Assembly (NCBI GenBank): GCA_944390225.1
Contig: CALXPB010000004.1
Span: 2,366-66,365, forward strand
Source of the DNA: an uncultured Alphaproteobacteria bacterium
Lineage (GTDB): Bacteria; Pseudomonadota; Alphaproteobacteria; Rs-D84
Direction of reading: 5' to 3'
DNA: 64,000 bases
Position numbers and translations under genes: made by a program. The first letter of the stretch is position 1. Every line of letters begins with the position of its first letter. Below the pieces are notes generated by a model. The model was not told the origin of the DNA. It searched no databases and saw only the letters and a list, made by a program, of their open reading frames with translations. This document shows, in pieces, positions 41,190 to 49,577 of this stretch.

Positions 41190-42212
41190 TTATTTTTTCG
41201 TTTTTTTCATCTTTTTGATTTTAGCAGGAATTTGCGGAATTTTTTCTTTTGCTTCCGCCAACCAACGTTTCATTCTGGTGCGTAACCAGTTTTCATATAT
41301 AAAGAACAAGCCACCGGCTCCGATTAAAGGTAATAAATAATATATTATACGGTAAGCCAGCAAAGCCCCGAAGATATCGGCTTTATCAACGCTTTCGGGT
41401 AAAGCCAGCAGAAAGATACTTTCGAATACGCCTATACCGCCAGGAACCTGACTAAATACACCCGTTGTTTGTGCTACTACGAACAAACCTATATATGTTC
41501 CAAAGGGGATTTGTACGAAAGGTAAAAGGCAAGCATATAAAACCAGACCTGCCAACAGGCTATCCGCTGCCCCCAACAGCATTTGATAGATTGCCATTTT
41601 TGTTGATGGTATTTGGAACTTTAAGTTTCCTATTTTTATGCTTTTTCTGTTAAAAAACATAGTGATTACAAAGTATGCCAGAACGGCAGCGGCACAAAAA
41701 GCGAACAGAGTATTTATACCGACACTTGCCCCAACCGACCTGTCAAGCAGAGCAGACGGTACAAGAAAATAGCCTATAATTAATATTGCCGAACAGCCCA
41801 GAAAGAAAGTGAAACCTGAAAATGTAAGCATTTTAACAATGTCACCGCCGTTTATTCTCCATCGCGTATAAAGCCTATATCGAATTGCACCACCGCTGAC
41901 TATGGCGTGACCTGCGTTATTACTGATTGCAAATCCCAGCATTCCTGCCAGCATCCATTTCCACCAAGACACGTGTCCGCCTACATAACGTAGTGCCAAA
42001 AAGTCGTATAAAGACAGTGCCAAATAACCGGCAAAACAAGCAATACAAGCCAGAACAAGGTTTGTTTTTGGTATGCTTAGAATAGCATTTATTATGTCGT
42101 ATATGCTGTAATCGCGCAGTTGCCACCACAGCATAAATGCGGCTAAGATAAAGAATAATATACCCGAATAACTTACCAGTTTTTTGAACCGGCGTTTTGT
42201 CTGTGCCGACAT
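41190..42212 (-). CDS. flippase-like / lysylphosphatidylglycerol-synthase TM-domain (UPF0104) membrane protein
   Basis: About 340 aa with ~8 TM helices. The overall pattern (RWRINGGDI, GGIGVFES) resembles LPG_synthase_TM. Start is set at ATG 42212. Confidence 0.55.
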   Translation of the reverse strand: MSAQTKRRFKKLVSYSGILFFILAAFMLWWQLRDYSIYDIINAILSIPKTNLVLACIACFAGYLALSLYDFLALRYVGGHVSWWKWMLAGMLGFAISNNAGHAIVSGGAIRYRLYTRWRINGGDIVKMLTFSGFTFFLGCSAILIIGYFLVPSALLDRSVGASVGINTLFAFCAAAVLAYFVITMFFNRKSIKIGNLKFQIPSTKMAIYQMLLGAADSLLAGLVLYACLLPFVQIPFGTYIGLFVVAQTTGVFSQVPGGIGVFESIFLLALPESVDKADIFGALLAYRIIYYLLPLIGAGGLFFIYENWLRTRMKRWLAEAKEKIPQIPAKIKKMKKTKK

Positions 42213-42337
42213 AAAAATCCTTTTTACAAATTGGCAGGATACCAACATATGACGAAACAAGCAAGCCCAAAAAAAATTGCATTTCCAGATTCTTGTTATA
42301 TACTTACAAGACAATATTTGATGAAATAAAGGTTTTT

Positions 42338-43057
42338 ATGATGATGCGACCATCTTTAAGAAGGGCAGAACAAATAAGGCCTGTTTCCATGGAAACGGGT
42401 ATAAACAAGTGGGCAGAAGGTTCTTGCCTAATAAAAATGGGCGGGACGCAGGTTTTATGTACTGCATCTGTTGAATTAAACCAACCGTTATGGAAACGTT
42501 TGCAGAACAAGACAGGTGGTTGGGTGACAGCAGAATATTCAATGTTGCCACGTGCCGTTGGGACTCGGAAAACGCGAGAAACATTGATGAAAGATAATCG
42601 CAGTGCCGAGATATCAAGGTTGATAGGTCGCGCTATGCGCAGTGTTGTTGATATGGAAAAACTAGGCAAGCATACAATAACAATTGATTGCGATGTTATT
42701 CAGGCGGACGGTGGTACCAGATGTGCATCAATAACGGGTGGTTTTGTTGCTATGGTATTGGCAGTGCGCTGGTTATTGCGGAACGAACGTATAAAAGAAA
42801 ATCCAGTTCAAGAACATATTGCCGCAATTTCAGCAGGGCTTTTTGGGGAAGATCTGGTGCTGGATTTGGATTACGAAGAAGATTGTGTCGCGCAGTTAGA
42901 CTCTAATTTTGTGGTGTCGGAATCCGGCAGGTTCATAGAAGTTCAGGCAACTGGCGAGCAGCATCCGTTTACTCAAGAACAACTTATAAAGTTAATGAAT
43001 ATGGCGTCAGACGGTTGTGCAAAGTTGATTGATTTGCAAAAACAGGTATTGGAATAA
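42338..43057 (+). CDS. rph: ribonuclease PH
   Basis: MRPSLRRAEQIRPVSMETGINKWAEGSCLIKMGGTQVLCTASV, and DCDVIQADGGTRCASITG. Start is one of three consecutive ATGs at 42338-42346. Confidence 0.9.
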   Translation: MMMRPSLRRAEQIRPVSMETGINKWAEGSCLIKMGGTQVLCTASVELNQPLWKRLQNKTGGWVTAEYSMLPRAVGTRKTRETLMKDNRSAEISRLIGRAMRSVVDMEKLGKHTITIDCDVIQADGGTRCASITGGFVAMVLAVRWLLRNERIKENPVQEHIAAISAGLFGEDLVLDLDYEEDCVAQLDSNFVVSESGRFIEVQATGEQHPFTQEQLIKLMNMASDGCAKLIDLQKQVLE

Positions 43058-43062
43058 GGCAA

Positions 43063-43536
43063 ATGAAAAAATTTTTTAATAAGAAAACGAAGTTAACTTC
43101 AGAGCAACAGAAACGGGTTGAGATATTGAAAAAGATGACTCCTGAGGAATGGGATTCATTATGCAAGAAATGCGGGGCGTGTTGTTGTATGAAAGTTTAT
43201 ATGTGCTTATTGGATATAAAGCACAGTTTAATATTTTACACAGATTGTTGTTGCGAGCATTTAGATCTTAACACAAAGAAATGTAAAAACTATGATACAA
43301 GATTTGAAAATGGTTCCGTTGAATGTGGAAAAATCGGACTGGAACACGTTTTAAATAAAGGTTTTTTGCCTTCTTCTTGTGCATACGTAGAATATGTTTT
43401 CGGACCGTCAAAACACCCTGTCGATATAGATTTTTCAAAGATGAAACCTGTAAAAGACGGTTTTCTTGATAATCTTTACGGGATTAGGTTGCTGAAACAT
43501 ATTTTGTGGAAATCATGCAAGTGGAACAAAAGGTAA
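43063..43536 (+). CDS. YcgN/UPF0260-like cysteine-cluster protein
   Basis: WDSLCKKCGACCC...YTDCCCEHLDLNTKKCKNYDTRFE...LPSSCAY parallels the YcgN pattern (W..lC.rCG.CC...yT.vAC.lLD..tC.C..Y..R). Confidence 0.6.
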   Translation: MKKFFNKKTKLTSEQQKRVEILKKMTPEEWDSLCKKCGACCCMKVYMCLLDIKHSLIFYTDCCCEHLDLNTKKCKNYDTRFENGSVECGKIGLEHVLNKGFLPSSCAYVEYVFGPSKHPVDIDFSKMKPVKDGFLDNLYGIRLLKHILWKSCKWNKR

Positions 43537-43569
43537 AAAGTTCTATCATGATTTTAGGTGAAAGGAAGT

Positions 43570-43594
43570 ACGCCACCGGTTTCGGTGGCGTTTT
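43570..43594 (+). terminator. intrinsic terminator
   Basis: ACGCCACCGgtttCGGTGGCGTttt: 9-bp stem. Confidence 0.75.
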
Positions 43595-43598
43595 GTCA

Positions 43599-43793
43599 TT
43601 ATTTCTTTTTGCGTTTTTCGGATTTAATCATCGTTTTGATTTCTTTTTGTACTATTCGCAAATGTTGTTGTATATCTGTCAGTGTGACATCTGGTTCAAC
43701 CTTGTACGAAGCAACCAATTCTTTTAATATTTCACATCTGCGACGCGTTTGCGCGTCTTCTTGCCCGATGAATTCCAGTTTAAACAAGTTCAT
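43599..43793 (-). CDS. hypothetical small protein (64 aa)
   Basis: ORF with SD ggggga 5 nt upstream, immediately downstream of structured element copy 1. Basic C-terminal tail. No family recognised. Confidence 0.4.
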   Translation of the reverse strand: MNLFKLEFIGQEDAQTRRRCEILKELVASYKVEPDVTLTDIQQHLRIVQKEIKTMIKSEKRKKK

Positions 43794-43804
43794 ACTGTCC
43801 CCCG

Positions 43805-43905
43805 TTTTATTAAATAAAAACCACCAGAAAATCAGGTGGTTGGAGGATAAGAACTACAACACAGAGTATAGCGGGTTTATTCAATATATTCACCGCCCTC
43901 CAACC
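43805..43905 (-). ncRNA. structured RNA element copy 1 (candidate sRNA or cis-regulatory leader with terminator)
   Basis: Minus-strand read: GGTTGGAGG-[~58 nt]-CCTCCAACC, then AACCACCtgattttctGGTGGTT+tttatt. It has its own promoter at 43925-43952 and lies 11 nt upstream of the 64-aa ORF. Confidence 0.35.
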
Positions 43906-43924
43906 AAAGTCATATATCAAATGT

Positions 43925-43952
43925 ATTATAAGATATACGAATATAAATTCAA
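43925..43952 (-). promoter_or_regulatory. sigma70-like promoter TTGAAT-N16-TATAAT (minus strand)
   Basis: Minus-strand read: ttgaat ttatattcgtatatct tataat. It ends about 20 nt upstream of element copy 1. Confidence 0.45.
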
Positions 43953-43984
43953 ACTAACTTTTCAGGCAGTTTTATCCCCTTTGC

Positions 43985-44083
43985 TTTTATTAAATAAAAA
44001 CCACCAGAAAATCAGGTGGTTGGAGGATCAAAACTATAACACAGTATAGCGGGTTTATTCAATATATTCACCGCCCTCCAACC
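43985..44083 (-). ncRNA. structured RNA element copy 2
   Basis: About 95 percent identical to copy 1 (a few substitutions and a 2-nt indel), 180 bp away. It has the same outer stem and terminator hairpin. Confidence 0.3.
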
Positions 44084-44246
44084 TGTAGTTGGAGATTTTT
44101 TATCTGTAATAAGATACTGTGTTGGGGTTTTGATTCCCCGCAATAACAACACATTATTGCAGTATTAATTATATAGTATATTTATACAGATTTCCATTGT
44201 TTTTATTTTATTGCGAAATTTGCTTATTTTGACTACTTTTATATAT

Positions 44247-46301
44247 ATGAAGAAAGAACTGTTTGATTTTCTAAATACAGACTTGCAATTTATCAAGGGC
44301 GTCGGTCCCGTTCTGGCAACGCGATTCCAAGATGTTCTGGGGGGGCGCAGGGTATTAGACTTTATGTTGCATATTCCTGCATATGTGCGTGCTCGTGGCA
44401 TAACTGAAAATGTCCAATCGGCATTGCCAGGCGATATAATTACAATACCCCTGTTGGTGAAATCTCATAAAAAAGGCGGTTTCTTTCGTGGCAGACGTAC
44501 CCCAACACAGATTGCATGTGCGGATAAAATGGGGAATAATGTTTTAATACAGTTCTTTAATGTGAATTTTTTAGACTATTGGTTGAAAAAATTGCCGGTC
44601 GGTCAGTGGCGTATGGTCAGTGGTAAGTTAGAACAAACCAGTCGTGCAATAATAAATCATCCAGACTTTATTGAAGAAATGCAAAATGCGGAAAAGATAC
44701 CCGCTGTTCAGGCAATATATCCGTCTGGCGAAGGGCTGACTCAAAAGACTTTTGCAAATGTGCGTGACCAGATTTTTGCGGTATTGCCGGATAAAATTTC
44801 AAGTGAAACGAACCCACAGGTACTAGAGTTCTTTGACGCATTGCAACACGTTCATTTTCCGGAAAGTGCAGACGACTTGAACCCGAATTCCGTATATGTC
44901 GCTAAGTTAGCATATTGGGAATTATTGGCACATCAATCTGCGATTGTTATCAGTCGTCGAAATAGGAAAGACGAAAGAAATCGCCGCGTCGTGCGCGCAA
45001 AAAAGTATGACCTGTTGGATAAGTTCTATGCAACATTGCCTTTTTCTATGACTGGGGCGCAGATGCGAACGCTGGACGAGATTTTTTCAGATATGTCGCA
45101 AAATATACCTATGATGCGTCTTGTCCAAGGTGATGTCGGCAGCGGAAAAACGATAGTTGCCTTGGCTGCGGCGGTTAAAATGGCAGAAACCGGTGCTCAG
45201 ACGGCATTTTTAGCACCAACAGATACATTGGCGCAACAGCACTATGCAAAGATAAAACCTATGTGCGATAAGATAGGCATAGTCTGTGATGTCTTGACGG
45301 GGCGCGACAAGGGGGCAGGGCGTAAAGAAAAACTAATATCACTTCGTTCCGGGCGAACCAAAGTGGTTGTCGGTACGCACGCGCTATTTTCAGAAGGTGT
45401 GGAATATAAAGATTTAGGACTGGTTATTGTAGATGAACAGCATCGCTTTGGCGTTTCTCAGCGCGAGGCTTTGCGTGGTAAAGGCAATAACCCAGATTTA
45501 TTGGCGCTGTCTGCCACGCCTATACCGCGTACTTTATCTATGACGATATATGGTGATATGGATGTATCAATTATAAATGAAAAGCCTGCCGGCAGATTGC
45601 CGATAAAGACAACAAAACTATCTGTTGCTAGAATAGATGAGTTAGTTGCACGACTGCGTATGCAGATAGAATCTGGGGCAAAAGTTTTCTGGGTATGTCC
45701 TTTGGTTGAAGAGTCCGAGCAGTCTGATATGACAGCCGTTGAATCAAGATATGAAGAATTAAAGAAAGTTTTTAATGTAGTCGGGTTGGTGCACGGTCAG
45801 ATGGATAAAAAGCAACGTGATGCAGTTATGGCACAGTTCGCAGATGATAGTTCGGATATGCGGATATTGGTTGCTACAACGGTAATAGAGGTTGGAATTG
45901 ACGTCCCGTCTGCGTCTATTATCGTGATAGAAAACGCTGAAAGATTTGGCTTGGCGGCACTACACCAGTTGCGCGGGCGCGTTGGGCGCGGAAATTTGCA
46001 GTCTTATTGCATATTGGTGTACGGCAGAAATGTTAGTGAAGAGGGGTTGAAGCGCTTGGACGTTCTAACAGAAACAGATGACGGTTTTAAGATTGCCGAA
46101 CAGGATTTGATTATGCGCGGTACGGGGGAGTTGCTGGGGACGCGCCAGAGCGGTTGGGTAAATTATCATTTCGTAGATTATAGAATGCATCATGATTTGT
46201 TTAAGTTAGCGGCGCGCGCGGCCAGAGATATAGATATTCCTGATGCGTGGGCTCGAGATTTGATGTACATTTTTGATAGGAGGATAGAAATCGGTGCGTA
46301 A
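44247..46301 (+). CDS. recG: ATP-dependent DNA helicase RecG
   Basis: Wedge-domain N-terminus, GDVGSGKT, VIVDEQHRFG, and QLRGRVGRG. Start is set at ATG 44247. Confidence 0.9.
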   Translation: MKKELFDFLNTDLQFIKGVGPVLATRFQDVLGGRRVLDFMLHIPAYVRARGITENVQSALPGDIITIPLLVKSHKKGGFFRGRRTPTQIACADKMGNNVLIQFFNVNFLDYWLKKLPVGQWRMVSGKLEQTSRAIINHPDFIEEMQNAEKIPAVQAIYPSGEGLTQKTFANVRDQIFAVLPDKISSETNPQVLEFFDALQHVHFPESADDLNPNSVYVAKLAYWELLAHQSAIVISRRNRKDERNRRVVRAKKYDLLDKFYATLPFSMTGAQMRTLDEIFSDMSQNIPMMRLVQGDVGSGKTIVALAAAVKMAETGAQTAFLAPTDTLAQQHYAKIKPMCDKIGIVCDVLTGRDKGAGRKEKLISLRSGRTKVVVGTHALFSEGVEYKDLGLVIVDEQHRFGVSQREALRGKGNNPDLLALSATPIPRTLSMTIYGDMDVSIINEKPAGRLPIKTTKLSVARIDELVARLRMQIESGAKVFWVCPLVEESEQSDMTAVESRYEELKKVFNVVGLVHGQMDKKQRDAVMAQFADDSSDMRILVATTVIEVGIDVPSASIIVIENAERFGLAALHQLRGRVGRGNLQSYCILVYGRNVSEEGLKRLDVLTETDDGFKIAEQDLIMRGTGELLGTRQSGWVNYHFVDYRMHHDLFKLAARAARDIDIPDAWARDLMYIFDRRIEIGA

Positions 46302-47586
46302 AATTTTAACTTTTTTTATTACAGTTTTTTTCGTTGTGTCTGCCCAAGGTGCTTCTTTGATAAACGATACAGAAACAGAAAAATTTTTAACGGACTTGAT
46401 TGCTCCTCTGGCGCAGGCCGCAAACGTACCAGACGGAAGAATGAAAGTTCATATTATAAACAGCGATGATTTTAACGCTTTCGTCATGGGGGGCGAGGAT
46501 ATATATGTTTATACCGGTTTGCTGACGCAGATAAAGTCTCCGTCTGCTTTGCAAGCGGTTATAGCGCACGAAATGGGGCATACAATCGGTGGTCATATGG
46601 CGCAGATGTCATCGCGTATGGAGGCAGAATTAAGACGGGCTATGCTGATACAAGCACTTGGCGTGGGGTTAATGGTTGCGGGCGGAAATCCTTCACTGGG
46701 GGCTGGGGTGGTCGCAGGTTCCAGTGGCGTTGCGCAACAGTCTATGTTGGCGTTTACGCGTGACGAGGAAAGAATCGCAGATGATATGGGGTTGAAGTTA
46801 TTGGTTAGTGCCAAACTTGACCCAGACGGTTTTGTACAGGTTTTAGAACAAATGGGTGAAATGACATCGGTATTGGAATCAAAAGTTAATCCGAATAGAA
46901 TAAATCATCCGCTAACATCGGAGCGATTGAATAATGTAAAAGCGCAAATAAAAAAACTAGATTCAGAGTATGTGGCGTCAAATGCTCCGACAAAACGACA
47001 GCAAGAAGAATTTAAGTTGGTGCAGGCTAAACTTATAGGTTATTTGGATAGTCCAGATAGGGTGGCTGCGCTGTTTCCTAATTCTGATAAATCGGATGCC
47101 GCAGTTTATGCGCGGGCGATTGCCAGAATGCAGGCAGGGAAGTTAGAAGATGCACGTATAGGAGTACAATCTTTAATATCAGATAACCCCGATAACCCGT
47201 ATTTTTATGAGTTGCTGGGCGATATTGATTATCAGTTGGGACGCTATGACGACAGCATAGATGCTTATGAAAAAAGTTTGTCTTTACAAGAATCAGCGCC
47301 CCAGATAGAAACTGCGCTGGCGTTGGTTTTGACAGAAAGAAATAAACCGAATGATAAAGAACGGGCAATTGAACTTTGCAAGCGTTCTTTGTTAGTACAA
47401 CCGGCCCCGCTTACATATTGGGTTTTGGCGCGTGCTTATGATGACGGCAGAGCAGATTGGGCTCGCGCAGAATATTATCATATGATAGGCGATAAGAAAA
47501 ATGCTACTAAATACGCACGCTTGGCACGAAAAAGGCTTCCATCTGGTTCACCCGAATATACAAAATCCGGAGATTTAGTGAAATAA
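46294..47586 (+). CDS. M48-family periplasmic metalloprotease with TPR domain (BepA-like)
   Basis: Signal peptide, HEMGHTIGGH (HExxH), C-terminal TPR-like repeats. GTG start overlaps the recG end. Confidence 0.78.
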   Translation: MRKILTFFITVFFVVSAQGASLINDTETEKFLTDLIAPLAQAANVPDGRMKVHIINSDDFNAFVMGGEDIYVYTGLLTQIKSPSALQAVIAHEMGHTIGGHMAQMSSRMEAELRRAMLIQALGVGLMVAGGNPSLGAGVVAGSSGVAQQSMLAFTRDEERIADDMGLKLLVSAKLDPDGFVQVLEQMGEMTSVLESKVNPNRINHPLTSERLNNVKAQIKKLDSEYVASNAPTKRQQEEFKLVQAKLIGYLDSPDRVAALFPNSDKSDAAVYARAIARMQAGKLEDARIGVQSLISDNPDNPYFYELLGDIDYQLGRYDDSIDAYEKSLSLQESAPQIETALALVLTERNKPNDKERAIELCKRSLLVQPAPLTYWVLARAYDDGRADWARAEYYHMIGDKKNATKYARLARKRLPSGSPEYTKSGDLVK

Positions 47587-47612
47587 AAAAACGCCCCAAA
47601 GGGCGTTTTTTT
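47585..47612. terminator. bidirectional intrinsic terminator
   Basis: aaaaaaACGCCCcaaaGGGCGTtttttt, between the convergent M48 gene and ackA. Confidence 0.8.
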
Positions 47613-48852
47613 ATTTTGCGAAAGAATAGTCCATTTCCAAGTGATTTGGATTGTATGTCCCGTTCATTATCGCCAATGTATCTTCTACGATTACTAATTC
47701 TTCGTTTGTTGCAATCATAAAGATTTTTACACGACTGTCTGGTGCGCTGATTTCTGCTTCGTCTACTCCTTTGCGCGCAAGTGCGGCAGAGTTCTTTTCT
47801 TTATCTAATTTTATGCCCAATTCTTCCATACCGCTGCAGAATTTTTCGCGCAAGTAATCATCGTTTTCTCCGACACCCGCTGTAAATACCAGTGCGTCAA
47901 CGTGTCCCAGTTCCGCCATAAACGCACCGATGTAACGTTTCACGTTATGAGCCTCCATTTCCAAGGCCAGACGGCATTTGTCGTTTATTTCTTTGTTTTG
48001 TTCTACATCGCGTCTGTCTGCAAAGCATTCGGTTAACCCCAATAAACCGGAATCCTTGTTTAAATGTTTCTGCATTTGATCTGGGCTAAGCGATAATTTT
48101 TGCATCACATACAATACTATACCTGGATCCAAGTCTCCTGGGCGCGTTCCCATTGTTAGGCCTGCTAGTGGGGTCATACCCAAAGATGTATCGACAGAAA
48201 CCCCGTTTTTAATTGCGCAGGCAGATGCACCGGAACCAATGTGTAAGGTTATTAAATTACATTCTGGCGCTGGTTTGCCAAGTAGTTTTGCTGCTCGCTT
48301 TGACACATATAAATGAGATGTTCCATGAAATCCGTACTTACGAACGCCCAATTCCGTATACCAAGCATTAGGAACGGCATATCTGTACGCATAATCTGGC
48401 ATTGTCTGGTGAAAGGCTGTATCAAATACGGCAACTTGTGTTGCGTTTGGTAATAACTGCTTTGCTGTTACAATACCCAATAAAGCCGCAGGGTTGTGCA
48501 ACGGTGCAATCGCGGAAAGTTCTTCGACGGTTTTGATTACTTCGTCTGTGATTTCAACGGAAGAAGCGAACTTTTCACCCCCCATAACAACGCGATGCCC
48601 AACGCCTTTGATTTCGTTCATATCGATGGAGGCTTCGCGCAACATAAACAGAACAACATTTAACGCCTCGTTATGATTTTTCATCTCGGTTTCTTTGCGT
48701 TGTTTCGTACCGTCTGGATATTTCTGAGTAATGAAAGAATCTGGCAGACCGATTTTTTCAACGTTTCCACCGACAAGTGCTTTTTTTGTATCCGCATCAA
48801 AAACCTGATATTTTAAAGAAGAAGAACCGCAGTTCAAAGCAAGTATGTACAT
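47611..48852 (-). CDS. ackA: acetate kinase
   Basis: MYILALNCGSSSLKYQVFD, GHRVVMGG, FHGTSH, and LVFTAGVGEN. Confidence 0.92.
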   Translation of the reverse strand: MYILALNCGSSSLKYQVFDADTKKALVGGNVEKIGLPDSFITQKYPDGTKQRKETEMKNHNEALNVVLFMLREASIDMNEIKGVGHRVVMGGEKFASSVEITDEVIKTVEELSAIAPLHNPAALLGIVTAKQLLPNATQVAVFDTAFHQTMPDYAYRYAVPNAWYTELGVRKYGFHGTSHLYVSKRAAKLLGKPAPECNLITLHIGSGASACAIKNGVSVDTSLGMTPLAGLTMGTRPGDLDPGIVLYVMQKLSLSPDQMQKHLNKDSGLLGLTECFADRRDVEQNKEINDKCRLALEMEAHNVKRYIGAFMAELGHVDALVFTAGVGENDDYLREKFCSGMEELGIKLDKEKNSAALARKGVDEAEISAPDSRVKIFMIATNEELVIVEDTLAIMNGTYNPNHLEMDYSFAK

Positions 48853-48903
48853 TTTTATCCCCTTTTTCTATGGGGCATAGCATAGCAGATGATTTCACCG
48901 TTT

Positions 48904-49473
48904 TCAATAGTAAATTCTGAATTTTAACCGCCAGTTTTCGTTTGTTATGTTTGTCTTTGCTCCGGTGTTTTTATGGCTGACCCAGAACGTCTTTTCATCT
49001 ATCATCAGTCTTACGTGCAGTCCGTTGTTGTCTATAAATGTGTTTGGAGTCGGGTTGTTTCTGTCATCTATACCGAAAGCCGCGACTTCATCGTTTATAC
49101 TATAACCGGCTTCGGGGGTTTGGCATATTAAGAAAGTCTGAACGAATTTTGCCGGTATATCGCAATCGAAAATATAGTCCAATACAGTCGTATTTACTAC
49201 TGGTATAAGGTTGCTTTCCATAGCAGTTAAAGATGTCGGAGCAAAATTAGCGAAGATTTCTTGCCATGTTTCCGCCGGAACGGATGTTATATCAAAACTT
49301 CCTCCGGAAGACGAGGATTCGTCTGCTCGTGCTAGGGGGAAACCACCCAGCGTTTCACCGTCGTGTACGCGAATTGTTTTTGCGTCGGTATCAAATGTTA
49401 TTTCACCCACCAGACCTGTGAAATTATCGTTTTGTGCGGCAGAACCGCGACGAATTTGTAAAACTCGTGCCAT
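48904..49473 (-). CDS. phage tail-fibre-like protein with Mtd_N/HylP-type N-terminal domain (paralog 2)
   Basis: MARVLQIRRGSAAQNDNFTGLVGEITFDTDAKTIRVHDGETLGGFPLA, then a Ser-rich linker and a C-terminal ~130 aa unrelated to paralog 1. Start is at ATG 49473 with SD aagga. Confidence 0.6.
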   Translation of the reverse strand: MARVLQIRRGSAAQNDNFTGLVGEITFDTDAKTIRVHDGETLGGFPLARADESSSSGGSFDITSVPAETWQEIFANFAPTSLTAMESNLIPVVNTTVLDYIFDCDIPAKFVQTFLICQTPEAGYSINDEVAAFGIDDRNNPTPNTFIDNNGLHVRLMIDEKTFWVSHKNTGAKTNITNENWRLKFRIYY

Positions 49474-49506
49474 AAAAAATCCTTTTTTTAAGTTCAAAGT
49501 GGAAAT

Positions 49507-49530
49507 AAAAAATCACCCGACTGGGTGATT
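49507..49530 (-). terminator. intrinsic terminator (minus strand)
   Basis: Minus-strand read: AATCACCCagtcGGGTGATT+tttttatt, downstream of the 564-aa ORF. Confidence 0.7.
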
Positions 49531-49577
49531 AGATTGTGTTAACAATTATATCATAAATCGGCAAAAAAATCAAGCGT

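Noticed and set aside
43558-44049. A 163-aa plus-strand ORF spanning the tandem structured elements.
   Set aside because: It reads straight through two copies of the repeat (LLNKNHQKIRWLED appears twice) and through terminator hairpins. It has no SD and a low-complexity sequence. It is better explained as non-coding.
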